DNA of 64,000 nt from Gemmatimonadales bacterium (GTDB lineage Bacteria; Gemmatimonadota; Gemmatimonadetes; Gemmatimonadales; GWC2-71-9). The notes under the pieces were generated by a model, which worked only from the letters and a program-made list of their open reading frames with translations, did no database searches and was not told the DNA's origin. Both the position numbers and the translations under genes were made by a program. Shown one piece after another: positions 26,787-36,053 of the stretch (positions are counted from its first letter, which is position 1; each line of letters begins with the position of its first letter). Location of the stretch: positions 12,496 to 76,495 of the forward strand of contig DATJKA010000047.1 of assembly GCA_035491815.1 (NCBI GenBank), written 5' to 3'.

Positions 26787-27701
26787 GTGGAAACGCGGCA
26801 GGACTTTTACGTCGGACTCTTCATCGTCGTCACGATTGCACTCGTGATCGGCGCCCTGATCGCGACCAGCGGTTGGGGCGAGCGCCGCTACGACCTCTAC
26901 CTGCGCGTGTCGAGCGCCGACGGCATCTCTCAAGGGACTGCGGTCGTGATCGAGGGACTCGACGTCGGACAGGTGACGAGCATTTCGCCGCGCGTCGATT
27001 CGCTGACGCGCCGCATTTCGTTCGTCGCCAAGATGTCCGTGAAGGAGCGGTTCCAGGACGGCTCCAGCCTGCAGCTTCCCATCGGCACGCGCGCCGACCT
27101 CGTTCAGGCGAGCCAGATCTCGCCGGCCGTGTCGATTCGGCTGATCCTGCCCGACTCGGTCCGCGGCCATCGCGTCTACCTGCACGCGGGCGACACGCTC
27201 GATTCACACCGCAAAGGCAATGCGCTCGACGCGGTCGCGGAGGTCGCTGATCAGCTGTCGCAGCGCGTGCAGGAGATGGTGCGCACCGCAACGCAGACGC
27301 TCGTCCGCGTCCAATCCACATTGCGCGACGTCACACCCGAGGTCGAGCGCACGCTCACCGGTGTGGCGTCGACCATGGGCCGGCTCGATTCGATGGTGAA
27401 CCGTTTCTCGCAGCGCGGCCTCGCGGATTCGGTGGCGACCGCCGTGGCGAACACCAACCGCTTGCTGCTCCGCCTCGACAGTCTCGCCCGCGAGGCGCAT
27501 TCGCTCGCGACCGAGAACCGCAGCGATCTGCGCGCGACCGTCGCGAACCTCACCGAGGCGTCGCGGCAGCTCAACAACTTCGTGGATCAGATGTCGCGGC
27601 GGCCGTTCCGCGCGCTCACCGGCGTCAAGCCATTGCCGCCGCTGCAACGCGACTCCGGGCGCGCCGGGTCCGACAGCGGCCGCGTGGGAGCGAAGCCGTG
27701 A
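26787..27701 (+). CDS. mlaD: MlaD/MCE-family substrate-binding protein
   Basis: N-terminal anchor METRQDFYVGLFIVVTIALVIGALI, an MCE domain (GISQGTAVVIEGLDVGQVTSI) and a helical C-terminal region. Confidence 0.8.
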   Translation: METRQDFYVGLFIVVTIALVIGALIATSGWGERRYDLYLRVSSADGISQGTAVVIEGLDVGQVTSISPRVDSLTRRISFVAKMSVKERFQDGSSLQLPIGTRADLVQASQISPAVSIRLILPDSVRGHRVYLHAGDTLDSHRKGNALDAVAEVADQLSQRVQEMVRTATQTLVRVQSTLRDVTPEVERTLTGVASTMGRLDSMVNRFSQRGLADSVATAVANTNRLLLRLDSLAREAHSLATENRSDLRATVANLTEASRQLNNFVDQMSRRPFRALTGVKPLPPLQRDSGRAGSDSGRVGAKP

Positions 27702-29653
27702 GATACGTCCTCCTGCATCCGCCGCAGTGGCATCCCGACGCCGTGGCCCCCGCGCTCGAGACGGCGCAAGTCGAGGCGCGCGTCGTGCGCCATCTCAAAG
27801 AGCTCGTCGTCGCGGACGATCGGCCCACCGTGTTCCTGCTCGATGCCGACAGCCGCTCCGTTTTCCCCGTCGACGTGATGCGGTCGTTCGTGGACGCGGG
27901 CGGCGCCATCGTGGCGCTGGGACGCGAGGGCGAGATGGACGTGCCGGAAGGGCTGCCGACGGAATTCCTGTCCGGGTTCCTGACGCATCCCACGAGCCCG
28001 CGCCGCCTGCTCGTCGCGGTACGGGCCGGCTTCCGTGAAGCCGCGGCGCGCGCCGAGACCGCGCGGGCGCGCGGCGAGGCGGCGCAGCGCGCGCGGGAGA
28101 TCGGCGAGCTCACCCGCATCGGCGTCGCCCTCGGCACCGAGCGCGACATCAAGACGCTGCTCGACCTCATCCTCACGCAGTCGCGCCGCATCACGCAATC
28201 GGATGCCGGCAGCCTGTATCTCGTCGAAGTGAACGCGAACGGCGACAAACGGCTGCGCTTCCGGCTGGCGCAGACCTACTCCAAGCCGGAGGCCCCGTTC
28301 GTCGAGCACACGATTCCCGTGGATCGCGGCAGCCTGGCCGGCTACTGCGCCGTGACCGGCGATCCGCTCGTCATCGACGACGCCTATTTCCTGCCGCCGG
28401 ACGTCGAGTACACGATCAATCGCTCGTTCGACGAGCGCTACGGCTATCGCACGAAGTCGATGCTCGTGATCCCGATGAAGGATCACAAAGACGAGATCAT
28501 CGGCGTGCTGCAGCTCATCAACCGCAAGCGCAACTTCGAGGCCGTGCTCGCGACGCCGGCCGATGTCGACAAACAGGTCGTGCCCTACTCCAAGCGCACG
28601 GTCGAGCTCGTGACCGCGCTCGCGGGACAGGCCGCCGTCGCCATCGAGAACGGGCGGCTGTACGAAGACATCGAAAAACTGTTCGAGGGGTTCGTCCTCG
28701 CCGCGGTCCACGCGATCGAGCAGCGCGATCCCACCACCTACGGTCACTCGGGCCGCGTGGCCGGCATGACCGTCGGGCTGGCCGAAGTCGTCGATCGCGC
28801 GCCGGACGGGCCGTACCGCCTCATCAAGTTCTCGCGCGAGCAGCTCAAGGAGATTCGCTACGCCGCCCTGCTCCACGATTTCGGCAAGGTCGGCGTGCGC
28901 GAGCAAGTGCTGATCAAGGCGAAAAAGCTCTATCCCTCCGATCTCAGTCTCGTGCGGCATCGCCACGCGTTCATCCGTCGCACGGCTGAGCGCGAGTTCT
29001 GGCGCAAGCGCGCCGAATTCCTGGAGGAGAACGGCAAGCGGGGCTACGACGGCTTCATCAAGGAGCTGGAGGAAGCGCACCAGGAAGAGCTTGGGGAGCT
29101 CGATCGCTTCCTCGAGATCGTGCTGGCGGCCAACGAGCCGACGATTCTTCCCGACGGCAGCTTCGACGAGCTGAAGGTGTGGTCGAAGCGCACGTACTGC
29201 GGTCTCGACGGGAACACCGAGCCGTTCCTCTCACCCGACGAGGTGCGTTACCTCACGATTCGCAAGGGGAGCCTGGACGACGCAGAGCGGCACGAGATCG
29301 AGAGCCACGTCACGCACACGTACCAGTTCCTGCAGCGCATTCCGTGGACACGCGAGCTGCAGCAGATCCCGCTCATCGCGTACGGGCATCACGAGAAAAT
29401 GGACGGGCGCGGCTACCCGCGGCGCATCACCGCAGACGCGATTCCGATCCAGACGCGCATGATGACCATCAGCGACATCTACGACGCGCTGACGGCGCAG
29501 GATCGGCCCTACAAGCGCGCCGTGTCGAACGACCGCGCGCTCGACATCCTCACGACGGAAGTCAAAGAGGGCCAGCTCGACGCCGATCTCTTCAAGCTCT
29601 TCATCGATGCCAAGGTCTTCCAGCGGCAGCTGAACGAAGCCGACGCTACCTAG
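27698..29653 (+). CDS. GAF-domain HD-GYP phosphodiesterase with a possible receiver-like N-domain
   Basis: GTG 27698 overlaps the mlaD TGA (GTGA). GAF segment SDAGSLYLVE...MLVIPMKDHKDEIIGVLQLINR. HD motif AALLHDFGKVGV. GYP motif GHHEKMDGRGYP followed by ISDIYDALTAQDRPYK. Confidence 0.85.
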   Translation: MRYVLLHPPQWHPDAVAPALETAQVEARVVRHLKELVVADDRPTVFLLDADSRSVFPVDVMRSFVDAGGAIVALGREGEMDVPEGLPTEFLSGFLTHPTSPRRLLVAVRAGFREAAARAETARARGEAAQRAREIGELTRIGVALGTERDIKTLLDLILTQSRRITQSDAGSLYLVEVNANGDKRLRFRLAQTYSKPEAPFVEHTIPVDRGSLAGYCAVTGDPLVIDDAYFLPPDVEYTINRSFDERYGYRTKSMLVIPMKDHKDEIIGVLQLINRKRNFEAVLATPADVDKQVVPYSKRTVELVTALAGQAAVAIENGRLYEDIEKLFEGFVLAAVHAIEQRDPTTYGHSGRVAGMTVGLAEVVDRAPDGPYRLIKFSREQLKEIRYAALLHDFGKVGVREQVLIKAKKLYPSDLSLVRHRHAFIRRTAEREFWRKRAEFLEENGKRGYDGFIKELEEAHQEELGELDRFLEIVLAANEPTILPDGSFDELKVWSKRTYCGLDGNTEPFLSPDEVRYLTIRKGSLDDAERHEIESHVTHTYQFLQRIPWTRELQQIPLIAYGHHEKMDGRGYPRRITADAIPIQTRMMTISDIYDALTAQDRPYKRAVSNDRALDILTTEVKEGQLDADLFKLFIDAKVFQRQLNEADAT

Positions 29654-30006
29654 AAGAACAGCAGCTTGACCGAAATCAGCAGCAGGAATCCGCCGAACAT
29701 CCTCCGCAGCGTGACATCCGGAATCGTGACGGCGAGGCGGGCGCCGAAGTAGGCGCCGATGAGGAGCCCGCCCGCGATGATGGCCGCATACCCCCAATGC
29801 ACTTGATCGCGTTTGGCGTACTGGAGCACGCCGAGTAATCCAACGGGCAACAGCAGCGCGGCGAGCGACGTGCCGTGCGCGGTGTGCTGCTGCAGTTTCG
29901 CGATCAGCACGAGCCCCGGAATGATGACGACCGCGCCACCGACGCCGAACAGCCCCGACACGACGCCCGCGAACAGTCCCAACAACGAAATCAGAAACCA
30001 GGTCAT
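29650..30006 (-). CDS. half-size TauE/SafE (TSUP) family membrane transporter
   Basis: 118 aa with about 4 TM helices and FAGVVSGLFGVGGAVVIIPGLV, typical of the TSUP family. ATG 30006 overlaps the hyuB TGA (ATGA). Confidence 0.7.
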   Translation of the reverse strand: MTWFLISLLGLFAGVVSGLFGVGGAVVIIPGLVLIAKLQQHTAHGTSLAALLLPVGLLGVLQYAKRDQVHWGYAAIIAGGLLIGAYFGARLAVTIPDVTLRRMFGGFLLLISVKLLFF

Positions 30007-31541
30007 GTCTTTAATCCCTTTCCCCAGCCGCCACCGCCGGGAGTTTCGATGCGAAGAATGTCGCCTGTCTTCAGTCGAAGCGTGGTCTTGGAGGGAAGCG
30101 CGTTCCCGTTCAGGAGGTTGGCGCCGGCCTGGCCGGCGGAGCCCCCGCCGTTTCCGGCGGGACCATGCTTCCGCCGCTCCGTCAGCAAGGTGGTTTCCAT
30201 GGGCGCGAGCGCCTCGAACTCGCGCACCACCCCATCTCCCCCATTCCACGTCCCTCGTCCCCCGCTCCCTTTTCGGATCGCATACGTGCGCACGCGCAGG
30301 GGATGCTCGAGCTCGAGGACCTCGATCGGCGTGTTCAGCGTATTCGACATACCGACATGCACGCCGGACGGGCCATTGGCGCCCTGACTCGCACCCTGCC
30401 CGCCGCCAATGGTCTCGTAGTACGTCCAGCTCCCGGCTCCCGGCTCCTGGGCCCCACCGAAGGTGACGTTGTTCATGGTCCCCTGCCCCTGCGCCGGCAC
30501 GGCGCAACCGCCCGCGGCGAGCGCGCGGAAGACCGTGTCGGCAATGCGCTGGGACGTCTCCACATTCCCGGCCGCCACCGCACTCGGCGGCTGTGCATTG
30601 ACCAGGCAGCCCAACGGCGCGGTCACGCGAATGGCACGCGGCACGCCGCCGTTCATCGGCACGTCATCGGGCAGCAGCGTGCGCACGACGAACAGCACGG
30701 CCGAGCGCGTCACCGCCATCGGGCAGTTCACGTTGCCCGGTGCCGCACCACCCGTGCCGGTGAAATCGGCGTGGAAGACTCCGTCACGAATCGTCACCGT
30801 GACACGAATCTCGAGGTCGTCGGCGACCACGCCGTCGCCCTCCAGGTAATCGACCGCGCTCATGGCGCCTGCCGGCGTCAGACGGCTGAGCGCGGCTCTC
30901 GCCCGCCGCTCGGCGTAGTCGAGCAGCTCCTGTGCCGCCATGCGGAGCGCTTCCCAGCCATGACGCTGCGCCAGTTCCCGTAACCCGTTCGCGCCGCGTT
31001 CCACCGCAGCCCGTTGCGCCGCGAGATCGCCGCGACGCATCGCGGGTGTCCGCACGTTCGCGAGCAGCAGTTTTTCGATGTCGGGCGTGAAACGCGTCGG
31101 CGGAATCACCAGGCCTTCCTGATAGAGCTCCCGGGCTCCCGCGGGCATGCTGCCTGCCGTCATGCCCCCGATGTCGGAGTGGTGGGCGCGGACGACGCTG
31201 TAGCCGCCCACGCCGCCGTCGATATTGATCGCGCCGATCAACGTGAGATCGGGTAGATGACTGCCGCCGTGGTATGGATCGTTGAGCAGAAACAGCTCAT
31301 CAGGCCGCGGGCTCAGCGCCATCACTGCCGCGACGGCGTCGGCCAGCGCACCCAGATGCACGGGAATGTGTGCCGCCTGCGCGATCATCTCTCCATCGGC
31401 ATCGAACAATGCCGCCGAGGCATCACGGCGTTCCCGGATGTTCGGAGACAACGCGCTGTGGACAAGAACGAGCCCCATCTCCTCGGCGATCGACGCAAAT
31501 GCGTGCGACATGACTTCGAGGCCGACCGAGTCGAGTCTCAT
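30003..31541 (-). CDS. hydantoinase B/oxoprolinase family protein
   Basis: Motifs LEVMSHAFASIAEEMG, SPNIRERRDASAALFD, GTMNNVTFGG, YYETIGGGQGAS and SGGRGTWNGGDGVVREF. ATG 31541 overlaps the hyuA TGA. Confidence 0.88.
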   Translation of the reverse strand: MRLDSVGLEVMSHAFASIAEEMGLVLVHSALSPNIRERRDASAALFDADGEMIAQAAHIPVHLGALADAVAAVMALSPRPDELFLLNDPYHGGSHLPDLTLIGAINIDGGVGGYSVVRAHHSDIGGMTAGSMPAGARELYQEGLVIPPTRFTPDIEKLLLANVRTPAMRRGDLAAQRAAVERGANGLRELAQRHGWEALRMAAQELLDYAERRARAALSRLTPAGAMSAVDYLEGDGVVADDLEIRVTVTIRDGVFHADFTGTGGAAPGNVNCPMAVTRSAVLFVVRTLLPDDVPMNGGVPRAIRVTAPLGCLVNAQPPSAVAAGNVETSQRIADTVFRALAAGGCAVPAQGQGTMNNVTFGGAQEPGAGSWTYYETIGGGQGASQGANGPSGVHVGMSNTLNTPIEVLELEHPLRVRTYAIRKGSGGRGTWNGGDGVVREFEALAPMETTLLTERRKHGPAGNGGGSAGQAGANLLNGNALPSKTTLRLKTGDILRIETPGGGGWGKGLKT

Positions 31542-33499
31542 GCTCGGCTCACCATAACGGCACCGCATTCGTGCACCAGGCCGGTCCAACCCGGCTCAAT
31601 CAGCCCCGTCGCATCAGGAGCGGCGAGGATGGCGGGCCCGCTGATCCGCCGACCGGCCGGCAACTCCCCCAGTGGCCAGATGTCGGCCAAGACGATGCTG
31701 CCATCGCGCAATGTGATCTTGCGCCGTCCTGCGCTTGGCGAGCCGACGCCGGCGCGCCCTCCCCCCGCCCTGACCTGCGGCGTCCCCTCCCTCCTCAGCG
31801 CCGCCCGCTGCGCAACGACCCGCAGATTGACGATTTCCACCGCCTGCGCCGGATCGGCGTGCCCGTGCCGTTTCTCGTGCATTGCGAGAAATGCGCGCTT
31901 GAGGTCGGAGGGATCGTCCGTCGGCGCGGGAACGGTGACTTCGTAGCCCTGGCCGGCAAAGCGACAGTCGGCGAAACGAGTCAGCTCCGCACCCGTCAGC
32001 GTTTTAGCCGCCGCGCTACCCAATGGCGCGAAGCGCTCCGAGAGCGTGTGCGCGTCGAGCTCGGCGAGCGGACGGTGCAACGATGCGATTAGATCGACGC
32101 GCTCGGAGGCGGCGGCGAGACCGAACGCGCTCAGCACACCAGGGTGAGGAGGGATGACGATCCGCGACATCCCCAACTGGTCAGCAAGGCCACAGCCAAA
32201 CAGTGGCCCCGCACCACCGAACGGCAGCAAGGCCATGCCGCGCGGATCCACGCCACGCGCGACACTGACGCGCTTCAGCGCCCGGGCCATGACCGCCGTC
32301 GCCACCTCGATGATTCCCGCCACCGGGAGCGTCCCGATGGCCGTACGGGCGGCCTGGCCGTCCAGTCGCACCACCCCAGCCAGAGCGTGGTGTGGATCGA
32401 GCCAACCCAGAACGAGGCACGCGTCGGTGACGGTGGGCTCCGTGCCGCCGCGTCCGTAACACGCTGGCCCAGGTTGAGCGCCCGCGCTGCGGGGTCCGAC
32501 GCGCAGCGCGCCGCCGGCATCGATCGACGCGATGCTGCCGCCGCCCGCGCTCACGGTCTCTATCAGTATCGACGGCAGCGACACCGGAATGCCGGCAACC
32601 GTTTCGCTTCCATCGCTGATCGCGGCGCCCCCGATGATCACGCTGGCGTCGGCACTCGTTCCTCCCATGTCCAGCGTCAGCAGGTTCGCTTCCCCCACCG
32701 CTTCCCCGACCAGCCGCGCTCCCACCACACCCCCCGCCGGTCCCGAAAGAGCGAGGCTCGATGCGCGCAGCGCGGCCTGGTCCGGACTGAGCGTGCCGCC
32801 ACTCGACGTCATGATGCGAAATGATCGAACGCCGCGTTGCTCAGCCAACGCCGCCGTGCGGGAGACGTACGCCGCGACCGTCGGCCGCAGGTATGCTTCG
32901 GCGGTGGTGGTGCTCGTCCGCTCGAACTCGCGAAAGACCGGCAGGACCTCGTGACTGGCCGCCACCGGTGTTCCAGGCAACGCGGCGCGCAGCGCTGCCG
33001 CGAGTCGCTGCTCATGCTCGGGATGGCGAAACGCGAACAGCAGGGAGATCGCGACCGACTCGGGCGCCAGGGCCTGCACCGTCTTCGTGACGCGCGCGAT
33101 CTCGCGCTCCGTCAACGGCTCGATCACCCCTTCGGGGCCGTGCCGCTCTCGCACTCCGATCACGTCCGCGTGGTCGAGCAGCGGCGGCGGATGATGCTTC
33201 GCCAGGTCGTACAAGGCCGCGCGATCCTGACGGCGCAGCCACAGCAGGTCTTCGAAACCTGCCGTCGTCAGAAGCACGACGCGCGCGCCCCGACGCTCGA
33301 GCAGCGCATTGGTGGCGACGGTCGTGCCGTGGATGAGGGCGTCGATTTCCCGGCTCCCGAGCGCGTCGAGCGCGCGAACCAGTCCGACCGCGGGATCGGC
33401 GGGCGTACTGTCGACTTTGCGTATCTCCAGGGTGCCGTCCGCTCGGACGGCGACGAGATCGGTGAACGTCCCGCCGACGTCGACGCCGACGCGTGTCAT
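31538..33499 (-). CDS. hydantoinase A/oxoprolinase family protein
   Basis: Motifs MTRVGVDVGGTFTDLV, IHGTTVATNALLERRG and LLTLDMGGTSADAS. Confidence 0.88.
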   Translation of the reverse strand: MTRVGVDVGGTFTDLVAVRADGTLEIRKVDSTPADPAVGLVRALDALGSREIDALIHGTTVATNALLERRGARVVLLTTAGFEDLLWLRRQDRAALYDLAKHHPPPLLDHADVIGVRERHGPEGVIEPLTEREIARVTKTVQALAPESVAISLLFAFRHPEHEQRLAAALRAALPGTPVAASHEVLPVFREFERTSTTTAEAYLRPTVAAYVSRTAALAEQRGVRSFRIMTSSGGTLSPDQAALRASSLALSGPAGGVVGARLVGEAVGEANLLTLDMGGTSADASVIIGGAAISDGSETVAGIPVSLPSILIETVSAGGGSIASIDAGGALRVGPRSAGAQPGPACYGRGGTEPTVTDACLVLGWLDPHHALAGVVRLDGQAARTAIGTLPVAGIIEVATAVMARALKRVSVARGVDPRGMALLPFGGAGPLFGCGLADQLGMSRIVIPPHPGVLSAFGLAAASERVDLIASLHRPLAELDAHTLSERFAPLGSAAAKTLTGAELTRFADCRFAGQGYEVTVPAPTDDPSDLKRAFLAMHEKRHGHADPAQAVEIVNLRVVAQRAALRREGTPQVRAGGGRAGVGSPSAGRRKITLRDGSIVLADIWPLGELPAGRRISGPAILAAPDATGLIEPGWTGLVHECGAVMVSRA

Positions 33500-35049
33500 G
33501 GCCGCAAGCGGAGTCGGACGAGGAACGCCGTGCCGAGCAGGGTCAGCACGACGACCATAATGCCGACCCAGTCGCCGAGGCGCACGTACATGGGAACCAC
33601 GTCGCTCGTCCGCAATACGCCGATGACGGTTGCCCGCACGTTCAGTCGGGTCGCGTCGTACGCGCGCCCCAGCGGGTCCACGAGCTCGGAGATGCCCGAG
33701 TTGGCGGCGCGCGCGATCCCCATCCGCGTTTCGATGGCGCGCAGCACCAAATGGGATGCATGCTGCGCCGGCGCGCTGGTGCTGCCGAACCAGGCGTCGT
33801 TCGTCACGTTCACGAGAAAGTCCGCGCCGTGCGCGCGATAGCCGCGCGCCGCACTCTCGAAGGCCGATTCGTAGCAGATCACGACGCCGAACCGCCCCAG
33901 CGGCGACGTGTAGATGGGCGCGCCGCGTCCCGGCCGAAATGCTCCAGACCAGTGCGCGAGTCCCGGAATCGCGCGGAAGAAGGCGACGGGGACGAACGGC
34001 ACCTTCTCCGTCACGGGCACGAGATAGCGCTTCGCGTAGATCGGCGAATGCGTGCGGTCGCCGGTCGAGTCGTAGAAGAACACCGCGTTGTAGATCCGAT
34101 AGCCACGCGTCCTTCCCCCGTCCTCATCCGGCTCAGCGTTCAAGCCGCCGGTGAGGATCGGCACGTGCTGCCCCTTGGCCAGCGCGCCGATCTCGGCATC
34201 CCAGTGCGGGTGATCGATGAAGTATCCCGGCACCGCCGCCTCCGGCCAAATCAGGAGCTGCGGCCGTGGGGTGCTCGACATCACCCCGATCGACCCCGTG
34301 AGCAATGTCTGCATCGCGCTATCGGCGTGCGCGGGATTCCATTTCTCACTGAAGCCCTCATTGGGCTGCACCAGACCGACGACGCCGACATCCCGCACCG
34401 GCAGGGTCTTCACGCGCCAGAGACCGTACCCGGCGGCGAGCAAGACACTGGCCAGCACGATGGCATAGCGACGCGCGACGAACGACGCGCCACGCACGTC
34501 ACTCGCCGCTTCGACGATCGCGACGTTGCACCAGGCCAGCCAGAGCGTCACGCCGCGCGCGCCGGCGATGTCGGCCCATTGCACGAGCACCGGCGCGTCC
34601 GCGAGCGAGGTGCCGAGCCCGAGCCACGGAAAGCGAATGTCGCCGAGATGGCCGATCACCCATTCGAGCATCGTCCAGGCGACCGGAAAGACGATCCAGA
34701 GCGGCACGCCCGGCACGGCGAGCCGCAGCCGCGCGACGAACCAGAACATGACGGCCGTCAGCAGGCCGATGATCGCGATCGTGGCGAGATAGCCAAGCGC
34801 GGAGAACGGCGTGAAGTGCCAGAGCGCGACGACCATCCAGTACAGCACGAGCGCGTTGCTGACGAGGCCGTACCACCAGCCGTAGCGGAACGCCGCGCGC
34901 GCATCGCCTGCCAGGACCGCCTCGCGGACGAGGAGCACCGCCGGAACGATCGCAAAGAAAGAGACCATCGGCAGCGGGAACGGCGGATAGCTGAGCATGA
35001 GGGCGAGCGCGCCCAGCCCGACGAGGATCGCCAGCCTGCGACTGGTCAC
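33496..35049 (-). CDS. lnt: apolipoprotein N-acyltransferase
   Basis: A multi-TM N-terminal half followed by a CN-hydrolase domain (VGLVQPN, LLIWPEAAVPG, YAKRYLVPVTEKVPF, VVICYESAFE, NVTNDAWFG). GTG 35049 overlaps the upstream TGA. The ORF extension to 35955 is rejected. Confidence 0.88.
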   Translation of the reverse strand: MTSRRLAILVGLGALALMLSYPPFPLPMVSFFAIVPAVLLVREAVLAGDARAAFRYGWWYGLVSNALVLYWMVVALWHFTPFSALGYLATIAIIGLLTAVMFWFVARLRLAVPGVPLWIVFPVAWTMLEWVIGHLGDIRFPWLGLGTSLADAPVLVQWADIAGARGVTLWLAWCNVAIVEAASDVRGASFVARRYAIVLASVLLAAGYGLWRVKTLPVRDVGVVGLVQPNEGFSEKWNPAHADSAMQTLLTGSIGVMSSTPRPQLLIWPEAAVPGYFIDHPHWDAEIGALAKGQHVPILTGGLNAEPDEDGGRTRGYRIYNAVFFYDSTGDRTHSPIYAKRYLVPVTEKVPFVPVAFFRAIPGLAHWSGAFRPGRGAPIYTSPLGRFGVVICYESAFESAARGYRAHGADFLVNVTNDAWFGSTSAPAQHASHLVLRAIETRMGIARAANSGISELVDPLGRAYDATRLNVRATVIGVLRTSDVVPMYVRLGDWVGIMVVVLTLLGTAFLVRLRLRP

Positions 35050-36053
35050 AACAAGACGTCGCGCCCTTCGTCCGCCGATCGATAGATCGCGTCGAGCACG
35101 CGCTGCAGCGCGAGCTGATCGCGTGGCGGAGGCGCGTTCACGTCCCCCTTGATCACCGCAAGGAAGTACATCCACTCGGCGCGATACGACTGCGTGAACT
35201 GCGTTTCCCGGCCGGTCGCCCCGGTGGGCGTGACGTCCTGGGCCTGCCCGTGCTGCTCCTTGAAGATCCTGAGCGGCTGAATCATGGCCGAGCCGCGGCT
35301 GCCCACGATGTCGAACCAGAAGCGCTCGCCCTCGCCGAGATGCCGCCAGCTGACGTCCACCGTGATCGACACGCCGTTCTCGCACACGATGAGCACCGAG
35401 CCCATGTCCTCGACGGCGTCCTTCGCGGCGCGCATGAGATGGGCCGAAATCCGCTTGGGCGCGGCCCAGCCCGCGAGCCACATGCCGAGATCGATGAGCG
35501 GCAGGCCAAGATCGAGCACCGCGCCGCCGCCCGCCTGCTCGCGCCGGAGCCGCCAGCCCAGCATCTGGCGGCTGGGCTGGAAGGTGTACCAGCCGCTCCG
35601 CACCGCCTGCAGCGCGCCGAGGTCGCCGCCGGCGAGAAAGCCGCGCACCGCCTGCACGTCGGAGCGAAAGCGGTGGTTCATCCCGACCATGACGCGCTTG
35701 CCGTACTTGTCGCTCGCCGCGAGGACGCGCTCGATGCCCGCGACGTCGAGGGCGAGCGGCCGCTCGCACAGGACGTGCACGCCGGCCGCGAGCGCGGACG
35801 TAACGTGGATTTCGTGCAGATGGTTGGGGGTGCAGATGACCACAACGTCGACGTTCGCGTAGCGCAGGACTTCCTCGATGTCGTCGTACGTGTCCTTCAC
35901 GTCGAAGCGGCTCGCGAGTGCCTGCGCCTTGCCGACGTCGTTGTCGCAGATGCACGCGACCTCGACACCCGGCAGCCGCCGGAGCACCGGCAGGTGCGCG
36001 ACCTGCGCGATCGCGCCTGCTCCCAGCACGCCGACGCGAATGGGATCGTTCAC
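35046..36053 (-). CDS. Gfo/Idh/MocA-family oxidoreductase
   Basis: IRVGVLGAGAIAQVAHLPVLRRLPGVEVACICDND Rossmann N-terminus and a typical C-terminal alpha/beta domain. The GTG start overlaps the upstream TGA. Confidence 0.85.
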   Translation of the reverse strand: MNDPIRVGVLGAGAIAQVAHLPVLRRLPGVEVACICDNDVGKAQALASRFDVKDTYDDIEEVLRYANVDVVVICTPNHLHEIHVTSALAAGVHVLCERPLALDVAGIERVLAASDKYGKRVMVGMNHRFRSDVQAVRGFLAGGDLGALQAVRSGWYTFQPSRQMLGWRLRREQAGGGAVLDLGLPLIDLGMWLAGWAAPKRISAHLMRAAKDAVEDMGSVLIVCENGVSITVDVSWRHLGEGERFWFDIVGSRGSAMIQPLRIFKEQHGQAQDVTPTGATGRETQFTQSYRAEWMYFLAVIKGDVNAPPPRDQLALQRVLDAIYRSADEGRDVLL

